Below are positions 28,343-37,715 of a stretch of 64,000 nucleotides of DNA, piece by piece. The notes beneath the pieces are model-generated. The model did not search any database. It had not been told where the DNA came from and was given only the letters and a program-made list of their open reading frames with translations. Made by a program: the position numbers and the translations under genes. Each line of letters starts with the position of its first letter. Positions within the stretch are counted from its first letter, which is position 1. Origin of the DNA: an uncultured Actinomycetota bacterium (GTDB lineage Bacteria; Actinomycetota; Humimicrobiia; Humimicrobiales; Humimicrobiaceae); NCBI GenBank assembly GCA_964517765.1, contig CAZFEN010000001.1, forward strand, positions 34,345-98,344, given 5' to 3'.

Positions 28343-28477
28343 TTAAGCAGAAAGCTTTTTTCTTCCTTTTTTTCTCCTGCACGCAATTACAGCTCTGCCG
28401 GCTTTGGTTTCCATTCTTATCCTGAAGCCATGAACCTTTTTTCTTTTCCTTGCGTTCGGCTGAAATGTCCTTTTCAT
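28343..28477 (-). CDS. rpmH: 50S ribosomal protein L34 (below the ORF-track size cutoff)
   Basis: 44 aa [44 protein letters not shown] matches the bL34 consensus. Confidence 0.9.
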   Translation of the reverse strand: MKRTFQPNARKRKKVHGFRIRMETKAGRAVIACRRKKGRKKLSA

Positions 28478-28520
28478 CTTTTACCCAATCTATATATTAT
28501 TGTTTTCAGTCAAGTAGTAG

Positions 28521-28549
28521 ATTATACATTTTAATTTTTCTAATATCAA
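28521..28549 (-). promoter_or_regulatory. sigma70-type promoter for rpmH (TTGATA-17-TATAAT on the minus strand)
   Basis: Hexamers read as reverse complement; about 40 nt upstream of the rpmH start. Confidence 0.5.
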
Positions 28550-28721
28550 GGTTGCCATATTTAAATAAAGTGTTCCTTTAAGCCTTTTTGTGTTTGTCTT
28601 TTCTTTTGAGTACATTATTTATTCAAACACCTGTTCTGGTTAAAGACCCTTCCTGAAAATTATATTTTTTTTATATATATTATGGTGCAATTTCTCATAG
28701 TATTTCAAAAATTTAAACAAC

Positions 28722-28862
28722 TTTTCAACAACTGTTGAAAAAATTGTTGAAAACTTAAAAAATCACACTAAATTATATGTCAAATGATTTTACTCCGAGG
28801 GATTTATCATACAATCTAGTAGCTTTTTCCTTGTTAAAATATTATTATTAATCTGTTGAAAA
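28722..28862. repeat. cluster of four 9-mers TTTTCAACA/TGTTGAAAA, including a perfect inverted repeat TTTTCAACA-AC-TGTTGAAAA; DnaA-box-like (TTATCCACA variant) or operator for the adjacent regulator
   Basis: Instances at 28722-28730, 28733-28741, 28745-28753, 28854-28862; related TT[GC]TCAACA 9-mers recur in the dnaA-dnaN intergenic. Confidence 0.45.
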
Positions 28863-28956
28863 CCTTAAGCTTCTGAAAAGAAAATGAAAAGCAATATCGT
28901 TGATTGATATGTTTTCTGTTAAATAAAACAATTCGCATTTAAAGTTGACATTAATA

Positions 28957-29811
28957 ATGCCTGACGAAAATACTAAACCAAATAATGCTGACGATTCCAA
29001 CAAAATCTATGGAAACATTGAAAAAATACCGGTCAGAATCGCAGTCTATGATAATATGCGGAGCATTCCAAGGATAGTGAATCTCAGCTATGATAATATT
29101 GCGGACTTCATTAATGAAACCACCCAAAAAACCTATAGTCTATCCCATGAGATTGGCGGGAGAATTCCTTATACAATAATAAAAGAGATAATAGAGAATC
29201 TTATACACGCAGATTTCAAAGAAGTTGTGATTACTGTGTTGGAAAGGGGAGACCATATAATCATAACGGACCAGGGACCGGGAATCGAAGACAAAGAAAA
29301 AGCTTTCCTACCGGGATATACTTCCGCTACGAGTAAAATGAAAGAATACATCAGGGGAGTGGGTTCGGGTTTTCCGATAGTAAAAGAAACTATAACTTTT
29401 TCCGGAGGATCTATCGATGTAAAAGACAATATAAAAAGGGGGACGGTAATATCTTTAAAACTTGGACAGCCGGAAAAGAGTGATAGCGTAAAGGATACGG
29501 AAATCAAGACAACCGGTGAGACGATACCTGTTATTCCCGACGAGGATAAAAAAACTCCGGCAGATGGCATAGACAAATTTGATCATAAAGTATTATCCGA
29601 CAGACAAAAGAAGATCCTTTTTGTGATCCTGGAACTGGAAGAAGCCGGGCCTTCTACAATAGCCAGTGAGCTGGGTTTTAGTCTCTCTACTTCATACCGG
29701 GAATTAATCTACCTGGAAAAGAACAAAATGCTTGCCTCCGGCAGCAACGGCAAGAGAAAATTATCTAAAAAAGGCTTAAAATACCTTGAATATTATTCAA
29801 ATACTATTTAA
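28957..29811 (+). CDS. GHKL/histidine-kinase-like ATPase domain fused to a C-terminal winged-helix DNA-binding domain; function unknown
   Basis: N-box EIIENLIHA, G1 DQGPGI, G2 GVGSGF; C-terminal KILFVILELEEAGPSTIASELGFSLSTSYRELIYLEKNKML. No SD; start at ATG 28957 (TTG 28945 and ATG 29056 are alternatives). Confidence 0.6.
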   Translation: MPDENTKPNNADDSNKIYGNIEKIPVRIAVYDNMRSIPRIVNLSYDNIADFINETTQKTYSLSHEIGGRIPYTIIKEIIENLIHADFKEVVITVLERGDHIIITDQGPGIEDKEKAFLPGYTSATSKMKEYIRGVGSGFPIVKETITFSGGSIDVKDNIKRGTVISLKLGQPEKSDSVKDTEIKTTGETIPVIPDEDKKTPADGIDKFDHKVLSDRQKKILFVILELEEAGPSTIASELGFSLSTSYRELIYLEKNKMLASGSNGKRKLSKKGLKYLEYYSNTI

Positions 29812-29823
29812 GATTAGAGTACT

Positions 29824-31185
29824 ATGTCGGACCTACAAAACATCTGGAAAAATACTCTCGAAGATATTAAAAACAATATTAATCTCCCTACATATAAAGC
29901 CTGGTTTGAACATATAACACCCCTTTCGTTAAAAAAAAACTGTTTAACGGTTTCAGTCGGCAGTAACTTCGCAAAAGAGTGGCTTGAGTCCAGATACTCT
30001 AATCTTCTATCCGAATCAATAAAAAGAGTGACCAACAATTCATGTAAAATAAAAATTGTTACTGCACCCGGAAGTTCCGAAAATACCAGCGGCAAATATG
30101 ATACCTATATTGGCGAAACCCTCGAAGAGGAAGGGTATCCCTTTAAACAAAACAAAAATTCTCTTTTCAATTCAAAGTACACTTTTGATACATTTATCGT
30201 TGGAAGCAGCAACAGGTTTGCCTGTACCGCCTCTCTTGCAGTCAGCGAGAATCCCGGCAAAGCTTATAATCCATTGTTTATTTACGGGGGAGTAGGATTG
30301 GGAAAGACGCATCTTCTGCATGCAATCGCACAATATACGATGCAGCTGCATCCCAATAAAACTATAAAATATGTTTCGGCCGAAAGATTTCTTAATGATT
30401 TTATTAATGCTCTCCGTTATAAAAACATCTTTTCTTTTAAAGAAAGCTATAGAAACAACGATATTTTGCTTGTCGATGATATACATTTTCTCGAGGATAA
30501 GGAGGCCAGCCAGGAAGAATTTTTTCATACATTTAACGCTCTTCATGATACCAATCGGCAGATAGTCCTCTCGAGCGACAGGGCGCCAAAAAATATTTCC
30601 ACTCTTGAGGAAAGACTCCGGTCCAGGTTTGAATGGGGCCTGGTAACAGATATCAAGCCGCCGGACCTTGAAACAAGACTGGCAATTTTAAAAAATTATT
30701 CTAAAAGAGAAAATATATCGGCCTCTGATGATATATTAAATTTAATTGCCGAAAAAATTACTTCTAACATCAGAGAGCTGGAAGGTTCCCTTACAAGAAT
30801 AGTCGCATTTGCTTCCCTTACCGATTCCAAGCCTGATTTAAACATGGCCAAAAACATACTAAAAGATATTTTACCCGATGACATAGAACACAAAATAAGT
30901 ATTCAAACAATTATTAAAGAAGTATCAAGATATTTCTCCATACCCATAAATGATATTATAAGTGCCAAGAGGAATAAATTCATATCACATGCGCGCCAGC
31001 TGGCAATGTATCTATCCAGAGAGCATACCAGCAGTTCTTTGCCCAGAATCGGAAAGTCTTTTGGGAACCGTGACCATTCAACTGTAATATACGCCGTCTC
31101 AAGAATCTCAAATCTTATAAATACCGATAAAACTGTCTACCTGCAGATTCAGGAAATTACAAACAAGATAAAGACGTCTACATAA
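29824..31185 (+). CDS. dnaA: chromosomal replication initiator DnaA
   Basis: 453 aa; AAA+ Walker [15 protein letters not shown], sensor motifs, C-terminal DNA-binding domain IV. Confidence 0.95.
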   Translation: MSDLQNIWKNTLEDIKNNINLPTYKAWFEHITPLSLKKNCLTVSVGSNFAKEWLESRYSNLLSESIKRVTNNSCKIKIVTAPGSSENTSGKYDTYIGETLEEEGYPFKQNKNSLFNSKYTFDTFIVGSSNRFACTASLAVSENPGKAYNPLFIYGGVGLGKTHLLHAIAQYTMQLHPNKTIKYVSAERFLNDFINALRYKNIFSFKESYRNNDILLVDDIHFLEDKEASQEEFFHTFNALHDTNRQIVLSSDRAPKNISTLEERLRSRFEWGLVTDIKPPDLETRLAILKNYSKRENISASDDILNLIAEKITSNIRELEGSLTRIVAFASLTDSKPDLNMAKNILKDILPDDIEHKISIQTIIKEVSRYFSIPINDIISAKRNKFISHARQLAMYLSREHTSSSLPRIGKSFGNRDHSTVIYAVSRISNLINTDKTVYLQIQEITNKIKTST

Positions 31186-31321
31186 AACCTGACTGCCCAT
31201 GTTTAAAACCTGTTAAATAATAAAGAAAGTTCTTAGCAATCAGCGGCTTTTCTGGTTCAAAACTAACCATCTTCTTTTTTTTATATATTTCTTTTACGGC
31301 TTTGAACAGCTTTAAACCATA

Positions 31322-31470
31322 TTGTCAACAAGTATCATTGCGGGACAGGCCGCAATTTCACTGTCTTTTTTTACTCTTCCAACATTCTCAACATGTATTA
31401 TAACTATTACTGACTATTTAAATTAAACATTATATATAATAAAATATGTTTATATTTCAAACATTAAAAG
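31322..31470. promoter_or_regulatory. putative oriC segment: three same-orientation 9-mers TTGTCAACA / CTTCCAACA / TTCTCAACA followed by a very AT-rich tract (candidate DUE), between dnaA and dnaN
   Basis: Motifs at 31322-31330, 31375-31383, 31385-31393; AT-rich 31396-31470; a GCCGCAAT hairpin after the dnaA stop. Confidence 0.4.
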
Positions 31471-31486
31471 AAATTAGAGGGTTACA

Positions 31487-32596
31487 ATGAAATTTCAAAC
31501 TACAAGGACCGACCTTCTGGAAACTATTTTATTTGCCAGCAGAGCAATAAGTCCCAAAGCTTCATCGTTTATTTTGAATGGGATAATGCTTGATGCTGAA
31601 GAGGGCTTAACCGTATATAGTACCGACCTGGAGACAAGTATAAAATGTACAATGGAAGTAAAGATTCTTGAAAAAGGGAAAGCGGTGGTACCCGCAAGGA
31701 TTCTGGCGAATATATTAAAAAGCCTGAAAGAATCAAAAATAGAGCTGGAGCTGGATAAGGCAAAGAACCAGGTAAAAATTAGTTGCGAAAACGCTTTTTT
31801 TACATTAAACACACTATCTCTGGAAGAATACCCGGTTTTTCCCGAAACAAGGAAAGAAAATTATTTAAAGGTGAACCTGAACAAATTTAAGGACATGGTA
31901 TCAAAAGCAGAGAAAGCGGCATCTATGGATGAAAGCAGAGCAATCTTAACCGGAGTGCTTCTGGAGATCGGGGACGACATGTTGAGCATGGTAGCAACTG
32001 ACAGCTACAGGCTTGCTCTGGTTAAAGAAAAAATAGGCGGCGGAAGACAGCCGATAAAAGTCGTGGTACCTTCAAAAGTTCTCGATAATATTGTTAAAAG
32101 TGAATTTAAGGATGGAGATATCGAGATAAACATCGAAGAAAATCAGGCAAGTTTTTACATGGAAAGCGCCAGCAAGAAAAAGATTATAATGGTTTCAAGA
32201 TTGCTTTCCGGAAAATTTCCGGAATACAAACAGCTTATTCCTCAGAACATGAAGCACGACATAATAGTAGATAAGGAAAAAATGCTTGAGGTAGTAAAGA
32301 GGATTTCATCTATCTCGCAGGACAACATACCAATAAAGACCACTATCGATAAAGGTAAAATAACGGTATCTATGAATATCAGGGAAGTTGGAAGTTCCAG
32401 CGAGGATTTTGATGTTTCATATGGAGAAGAAAAAATGGAGATAGCCTTTAACCCCGAATTTTTAATCGACGGTATAAATATAATGGATGAGAAGAATATA
32501 ATATTCTCGATAGAGGAACCTCTTAAGCCTATTTTAATAAAATCTGAAAAAAACAAAGACTTGATTTATTTGCTTATGCCCATCAGGGTCTCCTAG
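31487..32596 (+). CDS. dnaN: DNA polymerase III beta sliding clamp
   Basis: 369 aa; three-domain clamp; follows dnaA. Confidence 0.9.
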   Translation: MKFQTTRTDLLETILFASRAISPKASSFILNGIMLDAEEGLTVYSTDLETSIKCTMEVKILEKGKAVVPARILANILKSLKESKIELELDKAKNQVKISCENAFFTLNTLSLEEYPVFPETRKENYLKVNLNKFKDMVSKAEKAASMDESRAILTGVLLEIGDDMLSMVATDSYRLALVKEKIGGGRQPIKVVVPSKVLDNIVKSEFKDGDIEINIEENQASFYMESASKKKIIMVSRLLSGKFPEYKQLIPQNMKHDIIVDKEKMLEVVKRISSISQDNIPIKTTIDKGKITVSMNIREVGSSSEDFDVSYGEEKMEIAFNPEFLIDGINIMDEKNIIFSIEEPLKPILIKSEKNKDLIYLLMPIRVS

Positions 32597-32635
32597 GACA
32601 TATAGATAGCCTGGAAATAAAAACGAAAATAAACC

Positions 32636-33553
32636 ATGGAAAAAACAAAAAACATAAATCTGTGTGTCATTGGTGCAGGAAGGGTTGGTATAACAATATG
32701 TTACACACTTGCCCTGAGAAGATCATCGGGTGTAAAAGTAAGGGCCATATCCTCGAGATCGGCGGAATCTTTAAAGAGGGCAAGGAAGTTTTTAGGAGCT
32801 GGAGCGGCTGATATAATTTTTACCAGGGACAATGCGAAAGCCGCGGCACTTGCAAATTGTGTTTTAATATGTACCCCGGATGATTCTATAAGCACAGTTA
32901 GCGATAATATTTTTAAAAACAAAAAAAATAGTTATTTGAAAGATTATTATGTATTTCATTTCAGCGGATCGAAGACGCTTGCGGTTCTGGATTCTGCAAG
33001 AGCCGCAGGAGCCGAAATCGCATCCATACATCCGTTAAAATCTTTTGCTTCAGTGGAAGAAGCTATTAAATCTCTGCCAGGAACCGTATTCGGAGTAACT
33101 TTTTCAAGTATAAAATCAAAGGAAATAGCAGAATTTCTGGTGAGAAATCTCGGAGGGGAAACTCTCGAGGTAGAAAACGAAAAAAAACCGCTCTATCATG
33201 CGGCAGCATGCATCGCTTCAAACTATCTTGTAACTCTTATAGATTATGCCGTATCGATACACAAAAGGATAGGGATAAAGCCGGAGGATTCGTTAAAAGG
33301 TTTAATAAGCCTGGCGGAGGGAACAGTAAACAATATAAAAAAAATGGGAACAAAGAAATCCCTGACCGGTCCGATAGCCAGAGGGGATAAGGGAACCATA
33401 AGGGAACATATGGCAGGTTTCAATAAATTTTTTCCAAAAGAGTATGCTGATTTGTATAAAACTATGGGAATAGAAACAAGTAAAATCGCGTATCAAAATA
33501 AATGGATAGATAAAAACACAGCAGAGGAGTTAAGGGAAATACTTAAGGGATAG
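32636..33553 (+). CDS. Rossmann-fold NAD(P)-dependent oxidoreductase with DUF2520-like C-terminal domain; candidate ketopantoate reductase by context
   Basis: N-terminal GxGxxG (VIGAGRVG); C-terminal LTGPIARGD motif; immediately upstream of panB-panC-panD. Confidence 0.55.
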   Translation: MEKTKNINLCVIGAGRVGITICYTLALRRSSGVKVRAISSRSAESLKRARKFLGAGAADIIFTRDNAKAAALANCVLICTPDDSISTVSDNIFKNKKNSYLKDYYVFHFSGSKTLAVLDSARAAGAEIASIHPLKSFASVEEAIKSLPGTVFGVTFSSIKSKEIAEFLVRNLGGETLEVENEKKPLYHAAACIASNYLVTLIDYAVSIHKRIGIKPEDSLKGLISLAEGTVNNIKKMGTKKSLTGPIARGDKGTIREHMAGFNKFFPKEYADLYKTMGIETSKIAYQNKWIDKNTAEELREILKG

Positions 33554-33568
33554 AGAGGGGATATTGCC

Positions 33569-34369
33569 ATGTTGAAAAAAATAACAACAAAAGATCTTGT
33601 TGAAATGAAAAAGAAGGGCGAAAAAATAACAATGCTTACCGCATATGATTGTCTGATGGCATCGCAGCTGGACGAGTGCGGCATAGACTTGATACTGGTG
33701 GGAGATTCTGTGGGAAATGTTCTTCTGGGATATAAAAATACCATACCGGTTTCGATGGATGAAATGATCCATCACTGTAAAGCAGTCTGCCGCGGTGTGG
33801 AAAGGGCAATGGTGATAGGAGATATGCCATTTATGTCTTATCAGGCAAGTGTTGCCGGGGCGGTAAGGAATGCCGGAAGATTTTTAAAAGAAGCCGGAGC
33901 AGAAGCAGTAAAACTGGAAGGCGGGAAAGAAATCCTTTTGACCATAAATAAAATCGTCGATTCAGGGATTCCGGTAATGGGACATCTGGGATTTACTCCG
34001 CAATCTGTTTATAAGTTCGGCGGTTATGGCGTCAGAGGAAAAGACGAAGAGCAGGCTAAAAAGATGATAGAAGATGCCAGTGCGCTTGAGGAAGCCGGAG
34101 TATTTTCGATAGTGTTGGAGAAGATTCCAGCAGAGCTTGCAAAAAAGATAACACGAAAGATCAGCGTTCCCACGATAGGAATAGGAGCAGGGGTAAACTG
34201 CGACGGACAGGTGCTCGTAACACATGATATGCTTGGATGTTTTGAAAAATTTAAACCAAAATTTTCAAAAAGGTATGCTGAATTGGGAATAGAAATGAAG
34301 AAATGCTACACGAAATATATAGAAGAAGTAAAAAATAAGAAATTTCCCTCAGACGAACATTCCTATTAG
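33569..34369 (+). CDS. panB: 3-methyl-2-oxobutanoate hydroxymethyltransferase (ketopantoate hydroxymethyltransferase)
   Basis: 266 aa; TAYD and LVGDSVG motifs. Confidence 0.9.
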   Translation: MLKKITTKDLVEMKKKGEKITMLTAYDCLMASQLDECGIDLILVGDSVGNVLLGYKNTIPVSMDEMIHHCKAVCRGVERAMVIGDMPFMSYQASVAGAVRNAGRFLKEAGAEAVKLEGGKEILLTINKIVDSGIPVMGHLGFTPQSVYKFGGYGVRGKDEEQAKKMIEDASALEEAGVFSIVLEKIPAELAKKITRKISVPTIGIGAGVNCDGQVLVTHDMLGCFEKFKPKFSKRYAELGIEMKKCYTKYIEEVKNKKFPSDEHSY

Positions 34370-34420
34370 AAAATAAAAATAATTCTCTGTTCAACCGTAA
34401 AGGTATTTTAATCTTCAAAG

Positions 34421-35278
34421 ATGGAAATATTAAAAAAAATAACCGAATGTAGATCGATAGTAAATAATATTAAGAAGAGAGGTCTTACAATAGGCTTCGT
34501 TCCCACAATGGGTTTTCTGCATGAAGGGCACCTGAGCCTTGTAAGAAAGGCAAAGAAAGAATGCGACAGGGTATTTATAAGCATTTTCGTTAATCCGATA
34601 CAATTTGGTCCCGGTGAGGACTTTGTAAATTATCCGAGAGATATCAAAAGAGACATCTCTCTGGCAGAAAAGGGAGGAGTGGATTATATATTTTACCCAA
34701 CGGCAAAGGAAATGTATGGTTCGGATTTTAAGACTGCAATAGAGGTGAAGGAACTCGGAGACATCATGTGTGGAAAATACAGGCCCGGTCATTTCGCAGG
34801 AGTGACCACGGTGGTTCTGAAGTTCTTTAATATTATAAGACCTGACAGGGCATACTTTGGGCAAAAAGATTATCAGCAACTGGTAATAATAAAAAGAATG
34901 GTTTACGACATGAACCTTGATGTCAAAATCACAGGCTGTACCACCGTAAGAGAAAAAGACGGGCTTGCTTTAAGTTCCAGAAATAAATACCTTTCTGCCG
35001 GAGAGAGAAAAAATGCCACTGTCTTATACGGAAGCCTGATTGAAGCAAAGAGAATGATTAAAAAAGGGGAGAAAGACCTGGAGAAAATAAGAAAAACAAT
35101 TATGATCAAATTGAAAAAAAACAGATTTATTAAAAAAGTAGATTATTTTGATTTCAGAGATCCCGGGACACTTGAATATATAAAAAAAGTGAATGAGGAT
35201 AATAGAAATATACTGGCTGCGATTGCGGTCCGGATTGGAAGGACCAGACTGATTGACAACATGGTAATAAAAGTATAA
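34421..35278 (+). CDS. panC: pantoate--beta-alanine ligase
   Basis: 285 aa; VPTMGFLHEGHLSLV HIGH-class motif. Confidence 0.9.
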   Translation: MEILKKITECRSIVNNIKKRGLTIGFVPTMGFLHEGHLSLVRKAKKECDRVFISIFVNPIQFGPGEDFVNYPRDIKRDISLAEKGGVDYIFYPTAKEMYGSDFKTAIEVKELGDIMCGKYRPGHFAGVTTVVLKFFNIIRPDRAYFGQKDYQQLVIIKRMVYDMNLDVKITGCTTVREKDGLALSSRNKYLSAGERKNATVLYGSLIEAKRMIKKGEKDLEKIRKTIMIKLKKNRFIKKVDYFDFRDPGTLEYIKKVNEDNRNILAAIAVRIGRTRLIDNMVIKV

Positions 35279-35324
35279 AAGTGATATTGATTTAAAATAA
35301 ACCCGGATTGCAGAGGAGAAAAAA

Positions 35325-35708
35325 GTGATAGTTTGTATTTTAAAAAGCAAGATCCACAGGGCGACGGTGACCGATGCGGAAATCGAGTACATGGGGAGCA
35401 TAAGCATAGATAAAAGATTGATGGAACACGCAAAGATATTTCCTTATGAAAAAGTCCTGGTAGTAAGCCTTGACAGCGGCGAGAGACTGGAAACATATGT
35501 TATAGAAGGAAGGGAGAATAGCGGAGAAATTTGCATAAACGGAGCAGCTGCGAGGAAGATACTCAGGGGAGAAAAGATCATTATTTTATCTTTTGCTTAT
35601 ATGGAGGAGGAGAAGGCTGCCGGGCACCTGCCAAAAATAGTATATGTAAACGATAAAAACGAAATTACGAATGAAGAAAATCATGTGGGGAAAGACGATC
35701 AATGCTAA
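35325..35708 (+). CDS. panD: aspartate 1-decarboxylase (pyruvoyl-dependent)
   Basis: 127 aa; KIHRATVT and self-cleavage site YMGSISID. Confidence 0.9.
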   Translation: MIVCILKSKIHRATVTDAEIEYMGSISIDKRLMEHAKIFPYEKVLVVSLDSGERLETYVIEGRENSGEICINGAAARKILRGEKIIILSFAYMEEEKAAGHLPKIVYVNDKNEITNEENHVGKDDQC

Positions 35709-36505
35709 CCTGCAAAGGATTAAAAAGACTTCCACGCAATATTTTTTTAATTCTTTTGTTAATATCTATTTTTTTGTTTCAGGTTTTTTCCATATCCTGT
35801 AAGTTTGGAAACGCTACAGACGAGCCATTGATAGATTCTGTAGATTCAGATAGTGAAGACAGCCTGTATTTATTCGAATATGAAAAGATCAGGCTTGAGG
35901 ATACCAGCTCTATTGATGTAAAAATAAAAAATTGCAATCTATATCTGGATATTTATAAAGATCTGATAATAATGGGCGAAATTGAAAATATTTCCGGCAC
36001 AAACAAAACGAATATAGAAATAACTCTGGACTTCCTTGATAAACATGGAACCGAAATAATGTCGGTTAGCGTCCCCGCACCGGTTGATTATCTCAGGAGC
36101 GGAAGCAAATTGCCATTTTATTATTACCTTACAGATAAACAGAAATATATAGAAATATACACAGTAAAAATAGGAGTCAACTATAAGGATTATTATGAAA
36201 GATTTGAAGGCAATCCCATAGTAGAGAATGAAGGGTATAAATATGAAGAAGATTGCCTGATCACAGAAGGCAGAGTAATCAATATAGGAGAAGAAAAGAT
36301 TAGAAATATAAAACTTTTTTGTACATTTTATAATGATAAAGATCAGGTCGTTTTTATTAAACAATGTTATCTACCCCGGGAAGAAATGAACCCCGGAGGG
36401 GAACAACGGTTTACATTAAAATTGTTGTTTGATGAGTATTTACCAGATTTTACCCATTACGGCTTTGAAGTATTTTTTGAAGACGAGATCAGAGAACCGG
36501 TTTGA
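35702..36505 (+). CDS. hypothetical lipoprotein with two internally repeated beta-sandwich-like domains
   Basis: Signal peptide + lipobox (FSISC). Two similar segments (IIMGEIENISG... / LITEGRVINIGE...); overlaps panD stop by 7 nt. Confidence 0.5.
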   Translation: MLTCKGLKRLPRNIFLILLLISIFLFQVFSISCKFGNATDEPLIDSVDSDSEDSLYLFEYEKIRLEDTSSIDVKIKNCNLYLDIYKDLIIMGEIENISGTNKTNIEITLDFLDKHGTEIMSVSVPAPVDYLRSGSKLPFYYYLTDKQKYIEIYTVKIGVNYKDYYERFEGNPIVENEGYKYEEDCLITEGRVINIGEEKIRNIKLFCTFYNDKDQVVFIKQCYLPREEMNPGGEQRFTLKLLFDEYLPDFTHYGFEVFFEDEIREPV

Positions 36506-36506
36506 T

Positions 36507-37472
36507 TCATATCCAATCTTTATATTTAAAATAAACCAGCATACCTATTGATATCAAACCCATTGTAATCAAAATTATAATGAAGGCAAAAGAATGGCTG
36601 CCCAGAGGAAGAGAGACATTCATTCCATAAATTCCGGATATAAGAGTAAGAGGTAGAATTACTACAGAAAAGATTGTGAGTATGCGCATGATGTCATTGA
36701 TTTTATTCGATAATAATGATTGATGTGCATCATGTACACCCTCTATTAGTTCTTTATAATTTTCAAGAGTATCCCAGATTTTTTCTACATGATCGACGAG
36801 ATCACTAAAATAAACCTCCAGAGCCTCTATCAAGAAGTCCATATCTTTGATTTCCAGGGTTTTAAGCAGCTTTCTCTGGGGATAGATTATATTTCTGAAT
36901 GTCAGAATATTGGTTCTTATAAGCAGTATCTCTTTGACATTTTTACTGCTGGCTTTTTTGAAGATGGCATCCTCAATATCCTGTATATTTCTGTAAATTT
37001 TATTGAGTATGGGAAAATTGTAGTCAATAAGTGAATCGATGACTTTATGAAGAAGGTAACCGGAACCTTTATCCAGGATTTGATTGTTTTTAGATAGGTA
37101 TTCAAAAGTATCCTGTATTGGTTTGCATAAACCACGATGAACGGTTACAAGAAAGTTATTTCCAATAAAAATATTAACGGTAAAGGGTACCAATCTTCTG
37201 GTTTGTTTGATGAAAAAAGGTATGTGCAGTACAAGAAAGAAGTAGTCATCGTACTCATCTAATTTTGGTCTTTCAATAATGCTGAGGCAATCTTCTATAT
37301 CAAGAGGATGAAAATGAAAGTGCTCTATAAGAAATTGCATATTTTCTTTGCCTGGATTCTCTATATCGGTCCAGAGAAGATATTCAGGGTTATTAATGTA
37401 GGAGGAGATTTTTTTTAAAGTGACTCTTTCCATTAATTTTTTTTCTGTTTTATTATATACAAGAATCTTCAT
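36507..37472 (-). CDS. corA: magnesium/cobalt transporter CorA
   Basis: 321 aa; YGMNV (GMN) motif before two C-terminal TM helices. Confidence 0.85.
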   Translation of the reverse strand: MKILVYNKTEKKLMERVTLKKISSYINNPEYLLWTDIENPGKENMQFLIEHFHFHPLDIEDCLSIIERPKLDEYDDYFFLVLHIPFFIKQTRRLVPFTVNIFIGNNFLVTVHRGLCKPIQDTFEYLSKNNQILDKGSGYLLHKVIDSLIDYNFPILNKIYRNIQDIEDAIFKKASSKNVKEILLIRTNILTFRNIIYPQRKLLKTLEIKDMDFLIEALEVYFSDLVDHVEKIWDTLENYKELIEGVHDAHQSLLSNKINDIMRILTIFSVVILPLTLISGIYGMNVSLPLGSHSFAFIIILITMGLISIGMLVYFKYKDWI

Positions 37473-37715
37473 TTACATTCACCTTCTTATTTAATTCTTT
37501 ATAAAATTTTATAATTTTTTATAAAAAAAATAAATATATATTTATTAATAAATTATTGAAGTCTGTGTGAATTACGGTTATAAATAAACCTCAAACGAGG
37601 AAATAAAACTGTTTTGATTTGACAGTAATTTTTTATGCTTTTATGATATAGAATGAATAAGTTATTTATAATATAATTGATAAAAGTTTGTCATCCAGGG
37701 GAATAAGGTATAAAA

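Noticed and set aside
29169-29576. 135-aa minus-strand ORF
   Set aside because: Antisense shadow ORF inside the GHKL-wHTH gene; no motif, no RBS.
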